A model generated the notes under the pieces. It was given only the letters and a program-made list of their open reading frames with translations, ran no database searches and had not been told where the DNA came from. From Geosiphon pyriformis uo1 (lineage: Eukaryota; Fungi; Glomeromycota): a stretch of 25,326 nt of DNA. This document shows positions 1 through 11,387 of the stretch, one piece after another (within the stretch, counting starts at the first letter, position 1; each line of letters begins with the position of its first letter). The stretch spans positions 932,401 to 957,726 of the forward strand of contig JAAOMT010000222.1 in assembly GCA_016748015.1 (NCBI GenBank). The letters run 5' to 3'. The position numbers and the translations under genes are program-made.

Positions 1-1222
1 AAACATTTCTTCATCTTCAGGACAATCACAATCTATTGGTCCAATCATTACTTCCCTTTCGTGATGTTGCATTATTGAGCGTCCATTTTCAATTGGAAGA
101 AAATGTGGGACGTAATCATTTTGACGAGTAACTCTTGTAACCTTTACCAAGTCATTCATCATTTTAGCAAACATTATATTTCCCGTTCTTGGTTGACCAA
201 AAGTATAAATGGAAATATCAAGTGTTCCTTTGAATTTGATTCCGAGTGGTCGAAGTCCAATAAGATCCAATATTGTAAATGATAAACCTGCTATTGCTGC
301 ATATGCTATTAATTTTTAAAAAGAAAAAAAATCGAAATTACTGAAGAAAAAGGTTTCAAAAACGAAATATTCTAAATTACTCACCACCGCCTACACCATG
401 TCCACAAAAAGTAATTTTTGTGAAATGGCTTTCTTCGATCAAATGATATATTACTGATATCATTTCATTCATCATCATGACTACCTCAACAAACCATTCT
501 TTATCAACTAGTACTAATGCGTTTGCCTTCATTCCTGGAACCCTAAATGGTTCCAACTCACTTTTTCTATTGAACCAGTCAGTTTTGCTTAAAATAGGTG
601 CTCTAAAATGTACAACAATAGTTTCTATAGTTGTAGCTTCGAATAAATTACCTGTTACAGGTGATTGAATATGGGGTAGTAAAAAAGTTATTTGAATTGA
701 AGTATCTTTAAACTTTCAAAATCGAAAAAATCTGAATTATTATAATATACCAAAAATGTCTTTCCCATTTTTCACCAAGCTTCCAACAAAATTATACGAT
801 TTAAATGGCTCACAATAGGCCATATTTGCAAATGCAGCGTTCCATTTTAATAGTCCAATCTCATCTATTTGAGTGTTGTTAAATGGTCGTTTTTTAGGGT
901 ACACTTCATTACCATTGTCTGTTCTTTTATAGAAGGAATAATCATTACTAATTCGTGTCGTTTTTGATAAAAATGAGAATTGAGGTGATATTAAATGTTT
1001 CTTAATTGATTCTCGAATATTTTCAGATGGATAAAGTTTATTTTGTTTTGAATTTGGGAAATTCATCCAAATATCTTTGGATTTTAAACCATTCAAATGT
1101 GAAGAAATGGTAATTAAAATAAAGAATACGAATGTTAAAATTAATGAAAGGGAACATAATAGGTTTGATTTTACTGAAAACAATTGAGATTTTTTAGTAG
1201 AATTTCTTTGTATTTTATACAT
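1..1222 (-). CDS. Class-3 lipase-fold protein, copy 1, nucleophile Ser replaced by Gly; 3' end runs off the window
   Basis: Hand-spliced with GT-AG introns: exon1 1222-751, exon2 651-385, exon3 305-<1. N-terminal basic stretch plus hydrophobic helix (LLCSLSLILTFVFFILITI). Lipase_3-like motifs AAFANMAYC, TIVVHFRAP, ITFCGHGVGGAYAAIAG, IYTFGQPRTGN, RVTRQNDYVPHFLP, QHHEREV. Confidence 0.88.
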
Positions 1223-1254
1223 TGTCTCGCTATCTTGATTTTTGAAGAGTTTCC

Positions 1255-1425
1255 TAAATAATTGTGCTCAATTCAATAAAAGATGAAAACTGGATTTTTA
1301 GCTCGATATTTAGCAAGGATTATAGATCACCAGCACCGGAATTATCCTCACAGGTAAAAGGATATTATAAAGGATTTGTTGTGTGAATATTTAAACTAAC
1401 ATTTCTGAATGATAGGAAAATTTTT
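1255..1425 (-). promoter_or_regulatory. Conserved 5'UTR/promoter block of the lipase-like genes
   Basis: Blocks 'tttttagct(c/t)gatattt', 'agatcaccagcaccggaattatcctcaca' and 'atttct(g/c)aatgatagg(a/c)aaa' recur with variation upstream of copy 2 (~15960-16100) and copy 3 (~19700-19845). Confidence 0.45.
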
Positions 1426-1467
1426 TTTAAAATATTCGATTTTATATCCTTAAACAAAATACTAAGT

Positions 1468-1508
1468 ATAATAATAACAATAATAATAATAACAACAACA
1501 ACAACAAC

Positions 1509-1545
<37 letters not shown>
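1468..1545. repeat. Compound (AAT)n/(AAC)n microsatellite running into an assembly gap (N, 1546-1565)
   Basis: Read directly from the sequence; it explains the spurious poly-Ile/Val ORF 1365-1586. Confidence 0.95.
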
Positions 1546-2849
1546 NNNNNNNNNNNNNNNNNNNNTAATCGAGTTAGTAAAATCATGCAGCAGCAATGTG
1601 AGCTAGTTATTTATATTTACACGTTAATTAAATTTACAAATATCAAAATATTAATTCTTAAACTTATACGTATTAACTTTAGTTTTTATGATATTGTTTA
1701 TAAATTTTTGATTAAAATTTAAAATTTAAAAAAATGCTCATCTTAATTATTTTATAATTTTATTAAACACATCACAAAATTGATATAATTATTAATTCCA
1801 AGTTTTAAATAATATGAGAAATTTTCACAACCTGCTTGTTATTTAATTTATTTTTGTTATCATTTTGAATATTTTTTTTAGCTTGTTTGAATATACAGCT
1901 TTAAATTTTTTAAAATAACAAATAAAAATTGATTAAAATAAAAAAATATTTGAAAATAATAATAATTAATTAAACACAAATAAATAAATAAATTTTGTTT
2001 TTGCAATTATCAATTTAATTATTCATCAATGATCTTCATAAAAAAAATATTTATCATGTAAACTTGAATATTTTTAGATTCCTTAGTTCTAATTAAACAA
2101 TTTGGTCTTAAATGCTCGCTACTACTTTAGTATCTGTGTCAAGATTGCATTTCTGTCAATTTCATTTGAATAATTTAGGAGAAAATACAGATTTCCAATC
2201 AAATATTAGTCGGAATTGATTTTAAAATTATTATTCTTCTTATAATATCTTAGCCATTTATTAACATTATCATTATAACTTTTTTATATATTAACCGGAC
2301 AATCACAATTTCTTGGAAGAATTCAGTAATTTATTCAATTGTTTGACATTTCAGAAAAATAAGATGCAAAATTTTTAAAGTAGATTATTTATCCTCTCTA
2401 AGACTCAAGTTTTTGCATATTGGAAGCTTCCAATTCTTGCTTATCTTAATATAAAAGTCAAACCCATTTTTCCTCCGTCATAGGTGTGCTCACATGATCA
2501 GGCCCAGGAAATTGTAAAGTGAGTTTTTAATTTTGATTATTAAAATATTTTACCAAGCTGCCAAGTTTATTACAAAGAGTTTGTTTTTTGAAAAATAGTG
2601 AAGATAATAACAGAAAAAAATTCAAACTAAAAACCTTTTTTTCAAAATTTAATTCTTTGAAAAATTTGGAATATATAAGAGAAAGAAGTTTTTTAGCTTT
2701 TTCTAAATAATCAAGCCGTACAAAAAAAATTTGAAAAAAAATACTCGAAATCCAATTTTTAACAATTGAGCAAAAAATATCTAATGAAAAAGACTGAAAA
2801 TTTTATATTAAAAATTTATTAGTCCGAAATAAATTAATAAAATTAGAAA

Positions 2850-4530
2850 AAGAAATGTTTTGATTAAACAAACTTTATCCAACATGTGATTGAAATGAAA
2901 AATATTCAACTCATCTATCTGAAACTTTATTAATTAAATCAATAAAATAATAGTTTATTAAAAAAAATCAGATAAAAAAGTTTGAATTCATATAAAAGAC
3001 CAAGAGAAAATATGCATTTTTAATTATAGTGGTATTTAAAAAAAAACTTTATAATTCTGTATTGATTATTACCAACTAAATACAATTATCAAATAAAATA
3101 TGTATTTACTTCTAAGAGTTAACAATGCTTTTAATTAATTTGAAAACTCAGTTTATTTTATAATAATCAATTTAACTGCTGGATTTTTGCAAGTAGAAAT
3201 AGATTCTACTAACAGAAAAAACCATTTTTATTACAAAGTATAAAACTTATGAGTTCATTATAATGTTTTTTAAATTGACAATTGTTTTATCTATTTTTTA
3301 AAGATTAATAAAAAAAGTATTTAGATCAAAACATTAGAAATTTGTTTTTGTATATCTTGATAATATAATTGTGTATTCAAAAACTTGGGATAAATATTTA
3401 AATTACTTTCAAAAAGTTTTTGATCTTTTCAGAAATGTTAAACTCAAGATTAATTCAATCAAATCATTTTTTAAACAACAATCCACCCAGTTTTTAGGTT
3501 CTTTCATTCGTTTACACTTACAAATGTTTCCATTTTATAACAAAGAATAAAAATTTTTCAGATTCAATCAAAATAAAAAAATGCAAAAATTCAGACAACT
3601 AATAAATATTTTCAAGTTACAATTTTTCTTTGAACTAGCCTCTTATTATCAAAATTTTTTTCAAAATTACACATCTGTTTAACAAACTTCTAAGAAAAAA
3701 TATTAATTATTATTAAAAATATTTCTTAACAAAAAGCTTTTGAAATTTTTAAAAAAAATTATTATTGAACTTATCTTAAAGTAACTTAATTTTAATAAGC
3801 TTTTTATTTTTTATATTGATGTCTTTAATGTTTTTTTGGTACTATTTTGTTTCAAAAAATAAAAAAAGAAAGAATTATTATAGTTTATAATAACAAAATT
3901 CTTCAACAAACTTTAAAAAATTACACAATTATTAAAAAAAATTTAACAATAATATAGTCTATTGCTTATTGAAATAAATATTTTTTTGGAAAACAATTTA
4001 TGTACACTAATTATTAAGTTTTAGTTTGGCTAAAAAACAAAAAAAAATCAAATTACAAAAAATTTTTTTACTAGATTATACATTTAAACAAATATAATTA
4101 TAACATTAAGTATTGCAAAAAATAAACAATTAAAATACAAATGCTCTATTCTAATTAATAATCTAATAAAAAAACAAATTAGCAGCAACTAATTACATTA
4201 ATTATTAATAAATTGCTTTAAATTAAACATAACAATAAACTTGAAAAACTATTTAATATTTATTAAATTTTTGAATAAAAAACAATATTTGCTAAAGTAT
4301 AATTGACAACAAAAAAAATATTTGTATAAACAATTAAATTTTTATTTGATTTATTAAAATTATATAAAAAAACTAAAAAAATCTTAATTAACTATAAAAA
4401 GTTATCTAAATTAAAAAAAAAATTATAATATATAATATACACATTAATTTTTTAGTAAAACATTTTAAAAAAACAAAAACAATTCAAAAAATATTAACAA
4501 AATATTATTGGTGAGCTTTAAAAAAAGAAT
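2850..4530 (+). mobile_element. Degenerate Ty3/Gypsy LTR-retrotransposon pol relic (RT, linker, RNase H)
   Basis: Translation across stops and frameshifts gives the Gypsy pol motif order: FCIDYYQLN (CVDYRKLN), YLLLRV (YPLPRI), YEFIIMFFKLT (YEFxxMPFGLT), VYLDNIIVYSKT (YLDD, ~3350-3385), FFELASYY (FLGLASYY), QKAFEI, FIFYIDV (FILYTDA). Confidence 0.85.
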
Positions 4531-4654
4531 ATTTATTTAATTTTTGTTAATTAATCTTTTAACCAAATTGGAATTAATATTATTAAATTTTTAATAGTAA
4601 TTTTTAATAAAAATAAATATATTGCTTTTGTTAAATTTTTACTTTTTAGCTTTT

Positions 4655-5900
4655 AATTATTTATTTAGTTATAATTAATTATATATATTAGCTATTAATA
4701 TTATTAATTAGTTATCTTATTTTTAAATTAGTTATTAATGTAATTATTGATTTGATTAATGACTTAATTATTAACTTAGTCATTGATTTAATTATTCAAT
4801 TATTAATGTAATTATTAATTTTTTTAAAAAATATATAAACAAGATTTTTCAAAGTTATAAAAAAGCATTTATACTAGAATTTATATTTAATTTAATATAA
4901 TAATATTAACTTTTTATTTTTTTTATTTATTTTTTATTTTTTTTCTTAATTTGTATAATTATTAGTTTTTATAAAATATATTAAATATAATATTTACTAA
5001 AAAATATAATTAATATCTAATATTGAATTTTAAAAGTATTAATATAAATTAATATATTATTTTTTTTAATAATACAGACTATTTATCTATTTTTAAATTC
5101 TCTTGCTATTTTTTAAAAAGAATAATAAATAAAATATTTATGAAACTGATTTTTACATATTGAATTTTTAATAATTTAATTTGTTTATTAAAAATTAAAT
5201 TATCTTTTTAATTATTTTATTATTATACAATATTATATTTTTTTATTATTGTTAATGTATTATATCTAATTGTAACAATATTATAATAACAATAAATTAT
5301 TTAACAAAATAAATAAAAGCAAAAACAATACTAAATCAAACTATTATTTTAATTGTTAATTTTATTTAAAAGAAAATTATATTATTATAATTAGATATAA
5401 CATATTAATAAATAGCAAAAAAAAACAATATTGTATAATAATAAAATAATTAAAAGAATAATTCAATTTTAATAAGCAAATTAAAGTAAAAATTTAATAT
5501 ATAAAATTAGTTTCATAAATATTTCAGTTACTATTTTTCCCAAAAGATAACAAAAAAATTTAAAAGTAGAAAAATAATTTATACTATTAATAAAAAATAA
5601 CACATTAGTATAATTTTATACTTTATATTAGTGCTTTTAAAATTTAATATTGTATTTTTCAATAAATTTTTATTTAATATACTTTATAAAAATTAATAAT
5701 AATACAAATTAATATATTATTGTATTAAGATTTGCTTTAAATAAATTTTAATCTAAATATAACTATATTTTTACAGTTGTAAAAAGTTTTACTTATATAT
5801 TCTTAAAAAAGAATCAATAATTAAGTCAATAATCAAGTTAATAACTAATTAATATTAATGGTTAATACATATAACTAATTATAATTAAGTAAAAAAATAA
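4655..5900. repeat. Long imperfect inverted repeat (fold-back); arms ~4655-5285 and ~5380-5900, spacer ~100 bp
   Basis: 'aaatatttatgaaactgatttttacatattgaatttt' (~5132) pairs with 'aaaatttaatatataaaattagtttcataaatattt' (~5489). 'ttaattattttattattatacaatatt' (~5207) pairs with 'aatattgtataataataaaataattaa' (~5427). The outer ends (~4660 and ~5890) also pair. Confidence 0.75.
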
Positions 5901-6899
5901 AAGATTCAATTATAATATTATTCTTTTCAAAAAAATTAAGCTTTAATAAAATAAATTTATTTAAAAAAAATTTGAACTAATTATTTAAAACTAATTAATT
6001 ATTAAAATTTTAATTGACAAGATATATAATAGTTGTGCAATTAAGCTTCACTCGTTAAAAAAAAGTTGTAATAATTTTAATTTTGAATTTAAAAAACTTA
6101 ATATTTTTAATAATTTTACCAAGTTTTTTAAAATATTTAAGTTGTTTTTTATATAACAAATTTTTGTTTATTGCTAAAATTTAATCAATTTTAATAATAT
6201 TTTTTAAATATCTTATTAAACTTTTTAAAAATTATAAGTTTTTTATTATTAGATAGCTAAAATATTATTATATTATTATAATATTACTGTTTTATTGTTA
6301 TTTTATTATTTATAAAATCTAGAAAATTTTATAAAAAAATATTTTTATATATATTTTTGATTTGTTTTATCATGTTTGTAAATATAATATATAGATTTAT
6401 ATACATAAACAAAGTAAACATAAAAATTATAATTAAGAAATATAATTAGATAAATATTTAATTATTATATTTCTTTGAAATCTTAAATATTATAATAAAA
6501 ATATTAAAGAATATTATCCAAAAAATTAGTTGTCTAAAACCAATCAAAAATAAAAAAAGCATAAATTTGTTTAAAATTTATTTGATGACAAAAAATAATC
6601 TTAATTTATACATATGTAACTTCTTTAAATTCTTTATAAATATTTACAATGTTTTAATATATAGTTGTACTTAAATTGGCTTTTTATTATTATTATTTAG
6701 AATTATATAAACAATATATTTATAAAAAAATAAATAATTAATAGTTAAATTTTTTAACCAGTCTTAATATAATAATTTTTTTATGTTTTATAATTAATAC
6801 AATATAACATTAATAAAATAAGAATTATAACAAGTTATTTTGTTAATTTTTATAAAAAATAAAGTTAATAATAATAAATAAAATAATAATACTTACTAA

Positions 6900-9430
6900 A
6901 ATTTTCTATTTTATTATAAATATATGATTTATATAAATAGTTAAAAGAATAAAATCTGTTGTAAATTGTTGAAAACTATTTGATAATATAAAAAAGTAAG
7001 AATTTTGCCAACTCTTAATTAAGTATTAAATTGTTTCTTTTGTGTTTTTATATTATATTATATTAAATTAGATTTAATAGCTTTGTAATTTAACTAAGGT
7101 ATTCGATTTTTGTGTTTATAATAAACTATTTTTTTGAATATTACAGTTATATTAGTAAGTATACTATAATTGTAAACATATTGTATAAGATATATATTTA
7201 TATATAAATTCAAAAAACTTGAAAATCTTTTAGAAAATATTTAAAATAATATTAAAAATAAACTTTAAAAATAGATTAGAAAATTTGGAATTTAATTTTA
7301 TTTTATAGATTTTTTAATATATTTTCAATAAATATTCTATGTTTTTTTACAATTTTAATTAAAAAAATCAAATGTAAAATTCATTAATATTTGTGTTTTT
7401 TTAAGTATTAAATAATATGTATCATGTAATATTTGCAAATAATAATTTTAAATGAGTTTATTAAAAAAGCTTAATGTAATTAGATTATAACAAGTTATTA
7501 ATTGTGTATATGTAACTCTAGTTTTTTGTTTATTGAGCTCAATATACAATTTGTTAGTGTATTAATAAAAGCATATATTATTAATATAATCGAATATTGA
7601 ATTAGTAAATTAATTGCTTAAATTATTATATATTTAACATTTATAATTTGTTTTATATTGTTTAATTTTAGCCAAATTATTTTCTTGTAACAAATTAATT
7701 ATTATACAATTATGCTCATCTATAATTTATATAACAATATTTTTTTCTAGCTAATAAATATCTTTTAGAATTGGTTTAATAAAATTAGAAATTTTGGCAC
7801 CAAATAAAACAAAGCCAATAAAAAAATAATTTTTCAATTGTTTATGTTAAAATAAAAGGATATTGCCAATTTGCAAGTAAATACCACTTAATAAATAATA
7901 GATATTTTTATATGTGTCAAAATTGTTAACATAAAAATCCAAAAAAACCTATAAAATTAGCATTGGTTATAATAATTATTTTATTATAATATAATTATAT
8001 AGAAGTTAATAACATCTTGTTATATTATAGTATTTTCAATAATTGTTAAATTTGTAAAAATCACATAGTTATATTGATATATATTTAATAATTGATGTTA
8101 TTTTAATAAATACAGAATTATTTTTAACAAGTTATAATTTTTTATTATAACTATGTTTTTATAAACAGTTAACTAACTTAGGTAGATTGTGATAAAAAAG
8201 CAATCAATTAATTTTTAACTTCTAAGTATTTTTAATTAAGATAACTTTTTGCTTTATATATATTTAAAAAAGTTATTAATAGTATTTATCTAAAATTAAA
8301 TAATAATTAGTGTAATGTATATGAATTTAATCCAATTACCACTTTATTTTTGTTAAGTAACAGTGAATTTTGTTACAATTTGCTATGCCAAAACTTGTGT
8401 TTCTGTTTAGCTACAATGTTTGGACTAAAGTACATTTTATGCTTTAATTTTAGATTATTTAGTACTTTTTTCAAATGTTCTAGTAAAAAGATAGTAAATG
8501 TTGGTTTGGTTAGCATAGATATTAAAAGAATGTTTTATGTAATAATTGGAATTTCATGGCTGTGTACTTGATAAAAAAAACAATCTAAACTTTTATTTTC
8601 TAAAACATCACATATTTATCATAATATCTTTGTAGAATTCTGGATCCAAAAATTTTTTAATAGATTTTTATAAGCTGTGGTGGTTATATACTAAGCCAAT
8701 CGATTAAAATGCAAATAGTACTAGAAAGTCTAAAATACTTACATATTAAATGCTTTGTAATCTATACAAATAACATACATAATGTAAAATTTGAAAAATA
8801 GGGTCCATAATTGTCTTTATAGCCTTCGAAAAATGGAGTTAGCCCATTAACTACATAAAAGAATCATAAGCTATAGCTATTTAATAAAGATATTTTGCAT
8901 CTTATTTACCAATATTCTTGTAATTTTTTTCTTTCATAAATAATATTTCTGAAGTGCTTACAAAGTCAATGCTTCAATGTTCAATATCTTCTAATTGAAC
9001 CTTTTTGGTTATATCTTGAGTCTTGTAAGATTCAAACACTGATAGATTATTAGTAATGCCACTCAATAAGGATATTTTGAATCTTATTTACCAACATTCT
9101 CAATATCTTTTTCTTCCATATATAATGGTTCTAAAGTACTTGCAGAGTCAATATTTTGATGTTCAATATCTTTTAATTAAATCTTTTCAGTCACATTTTA
9201 GGTTTCATATGGCTTATAATGATCTTGCTCGAATGGCCACTGTATGTTAATATCTTTGTCACATTCAACAAGCTTGTCTCGTTCATTAACAAGAGACTTA
9301 TTAGTTGAAATAGAAATGGATTTATGTGATAATAATAAAGACGCATTGTAGTTATAAAAAATTTGTTGAGATGTTCTAGACACATTGCCAATGTGTTCAA
9401 ATAGTCGTTCAGTTTGCATAGACTTCAAAT
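6900..9430 (-). mobile_element. Degenerate DNA-transposon transposase relic, Plavaka/CACTA-like; true 3' boundary may lie further left
   Basis: Minus-strand translation gives ordered fragments: YGPYFSNFTLCMLFV*ITKHLI (~8810-8745), LLEHLKKVLNNLKLKHKMYFSPNIVAKQKHKFWHSKL*QNSLL (~8485-8355), FIGFVLFGAKISNFIKPILKDI (~7825-7758), QENNLAKIKQYK (~7690-7655). These resemble the MYFGPG..WHGxLWxxSPLF, GFVPFG..FIKP and QGNDLAGVKRH motifs I recall from a repeated transposase family of Glomeromycota. Family naming is from memory, not a search. Confidence 0.6.
8881..9222. repeat. Two diverged tandem copies of a ~180-bp unit (8881-~9040 and 9062-~9222)
   Basis: 'aataaagatattttgcatcttatttaccaatattct...atgttcaatatcttctaattgaa' versus 'aataaggatattttgaatcttatttaccaacattct...atgttcaatatcttttaattaaa'. 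Confidence 0.85.
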
Positions 9431-9540
9431 TTTTGGTAACATGCAGGTGCTTTGAATGAATGCATAAACCAAAAATAGGTATGAGGCGGGATTTTATTCT
9501 TATTAATGTTTTTTATTATTGATAAGAGTTTCTATTATAT

Positions 9541-10053
9541 TACTGAATATTTAGCACCAAGTTTTAAAAGTGGTAAACAATCATTAATGATTTGGAGATG
9601 TTTTGTGGGAGAAATCAAAAATCGATTAGTATTGTGTGATGAATATAAAAAAAAATGAAAAAATTACAGCAAATACCTATTTAAAAATCTTGGAAAATAA
9701 TCTTATATCATTTTATAATGCAGCACATCCATTGGTTGGAAAAAGTATAACATTTTAACAAGGAGTTGTTAATAGACAATATTCGAAAGCATAAAAACTT
9801 TCCAAGAACTATAGAAGAACTCAAAACTGCTTTAAGATTAGAATGGTTAAAATTTGAATGTATCAGTTCTCCAAACAGTTGTGATTCAATGCCACGAAGA
9901 ATAGAAGCAGTATTAGATGCAGAGGGAGAGTCAATAAAATATTAATTGTTTCTAAAAAAAATTAGGTTTATAATTAATAAATAGAATAAATCAAATATAA
10001 ATTCAAATTTTGTTTTAATAAAAAATTGGGCGTGACTTTTGGTGTTTACAGTA
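9541..10053 (+). mobile_element. Tc1/mariner transposase relic (C-terminal half, internally deleted) with possible right terminus
   Basis: EYLAPSFKSGKQSLMIWRCF...TANTYLKILENNL...ITF*Q, then NIRKHKNFPRTIEELKTALRLEW...DSMPRRIEAVLDAEGESIKY* (stop ends 9945). This matches the canonical Tc1 C-terminus SMPRRxxAVIxAKGxxTKY. Candidate TIR end 'gggcgtgacttttggtgtttacag|TA' at ~10028-10053. Confidence 0.85.
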
Positions 10054-10164
10054 CCTCCTAAATTTTCTTTACAATCGCCGAAAAATTGATCTGTTATCAG
10101 CTCTCAACAGGTGATCATAGGGATTTATCGCAAATATAAAACTGTAAAATATATTTATTCATTT

Positions 10165-10720
10165 ATGGAGTTTCAGAGTAAGTTTTCACTTGAGGATAAA
10201 CCCTCAGATAGATAACTAATCAAAATCTGGGAAAAGCATTTGAGCTGTTATCAAATTCACTATAAATTGGAATATAATTTTGTTTTCTGTTATCAAATGG
10301 GAAAAAATTTGAACTCTATTCAAATCGATTTTTGAAACCCCAAAAAATTCTCATTCATTTTCATTCAATCACAAATTTAAATGCACAGAGTTAATTTCCT
10401 AAGAAATATACTGTGAATGGCCAGCAAGCACCTACTCACTTGTATATGAATGGCATAAAACCCACATATTGGACGAACATCCTGTATAAATCTCGAAAAA
10501 TTATATTTTTTCAGAAAATGATAAGAAGAGATTCAAAGTATTTCGGGAAACTAAATGACCTTCTTTATGGCCCATATTTTGAAAAAATATGAAACAATGT
10601 GAGAAACTCGAAACCAATGATATGTTAAAAGAGATAAACAATTGAGATTAATAAAATCTGAAATGTGAACATAGTAGTTTTGAGATTTTTGAAATTCCGT
10701 GAATCTCAGAAAAATTTAAC
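10165..10720 (+). pseudogene. Possible decayed gene fragment with weak Sel1-like pieces
   Basis: ATG at 10165 follows a TATAAAA. Fragments NQNLGKAFELL and KKFELYS resemble Sel1 'KAFELY'. GC is higher than in the flanks, and there are many stops. Confidence 0.3.
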
Positions 10721-11387
10721 TGGCAAAAAGAGGTTCATTAATCAAATTACTTTTACATTTAACTTGCTTTCTTGTTATAATTTTTTTAGTTAAATTTAAA
10801 TTTTTTAATTCCTGTTATCAGTTAATTTGATATCCCAATCTATAGATAAAAATAGTGCTTTTTGTAAGAGTGTCAAAATTCATTTTCTTATTTATTATGC
10901 GCGCAATTGCACATTTTTGAAATAAAAAACTAAAATATATTTTGTAAGCAATCTTTTTTCAAAAAACTATTACATTTGTATAGTATTTTCATTAAATAAT
11001 AAAAGTATTGACTATTATAAAAAAAAGAGAATTTTTGTTTTTGTTTAACCTGTATAGATTAAGTTTGTACAATAAAAGTAATTACATTCATAATGTTAAA
11101 AAAAATTATCAAAAATTTGATTTGTTATAACTAATGATAACTTATAATTATTTTAAAATCTTATTTATAAATATTTTGCGAAATACAAATTATTAATAAT
11201 TTTATGAGTTATAATTTGCAAGTTATTTTGCAAATGAGTTGTTGTATTTGAAGAAAAATAATATTTGTCATTTTAACCAATGTATTTTATTTATTTTTGG
11301 CGAGACATTAGAATTTCGCCATTTTTTTCGCGTTCAGTTTCTTCTGTGAGCAACCGTACAGTTAATTCAACTTCGGATTAACGGGAA

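Noticed and set aside
477-668. Plus-strand ORF of 63 aa (and its counterpart 18744-19076)
   Set aside because: Antisense shadow of pseudo-lipase exon 2.
740-1222. Treating the 160-aa and ~157-aa ORFs as separate small genes
   Set aside because: Conserved in-phase GT-AG junctions join them into single 4-exon genes in all copies.
1365-1586. Poly-Ile/Val 'membrane protein' ORF
   Set aside because: Translation of a microsatellite and an N gap.
2000-2450. Possible decayed minus-strand gene
   Set aside because: Coding-like composition, but many stops and no motif I can assign with confidence.
8350-9400. Short ORFs 8350-8571, 9056-9250, 9191-9400
   Set aside because: Antisense or off-frame pieces of the transposase relic and its tandem repeat.
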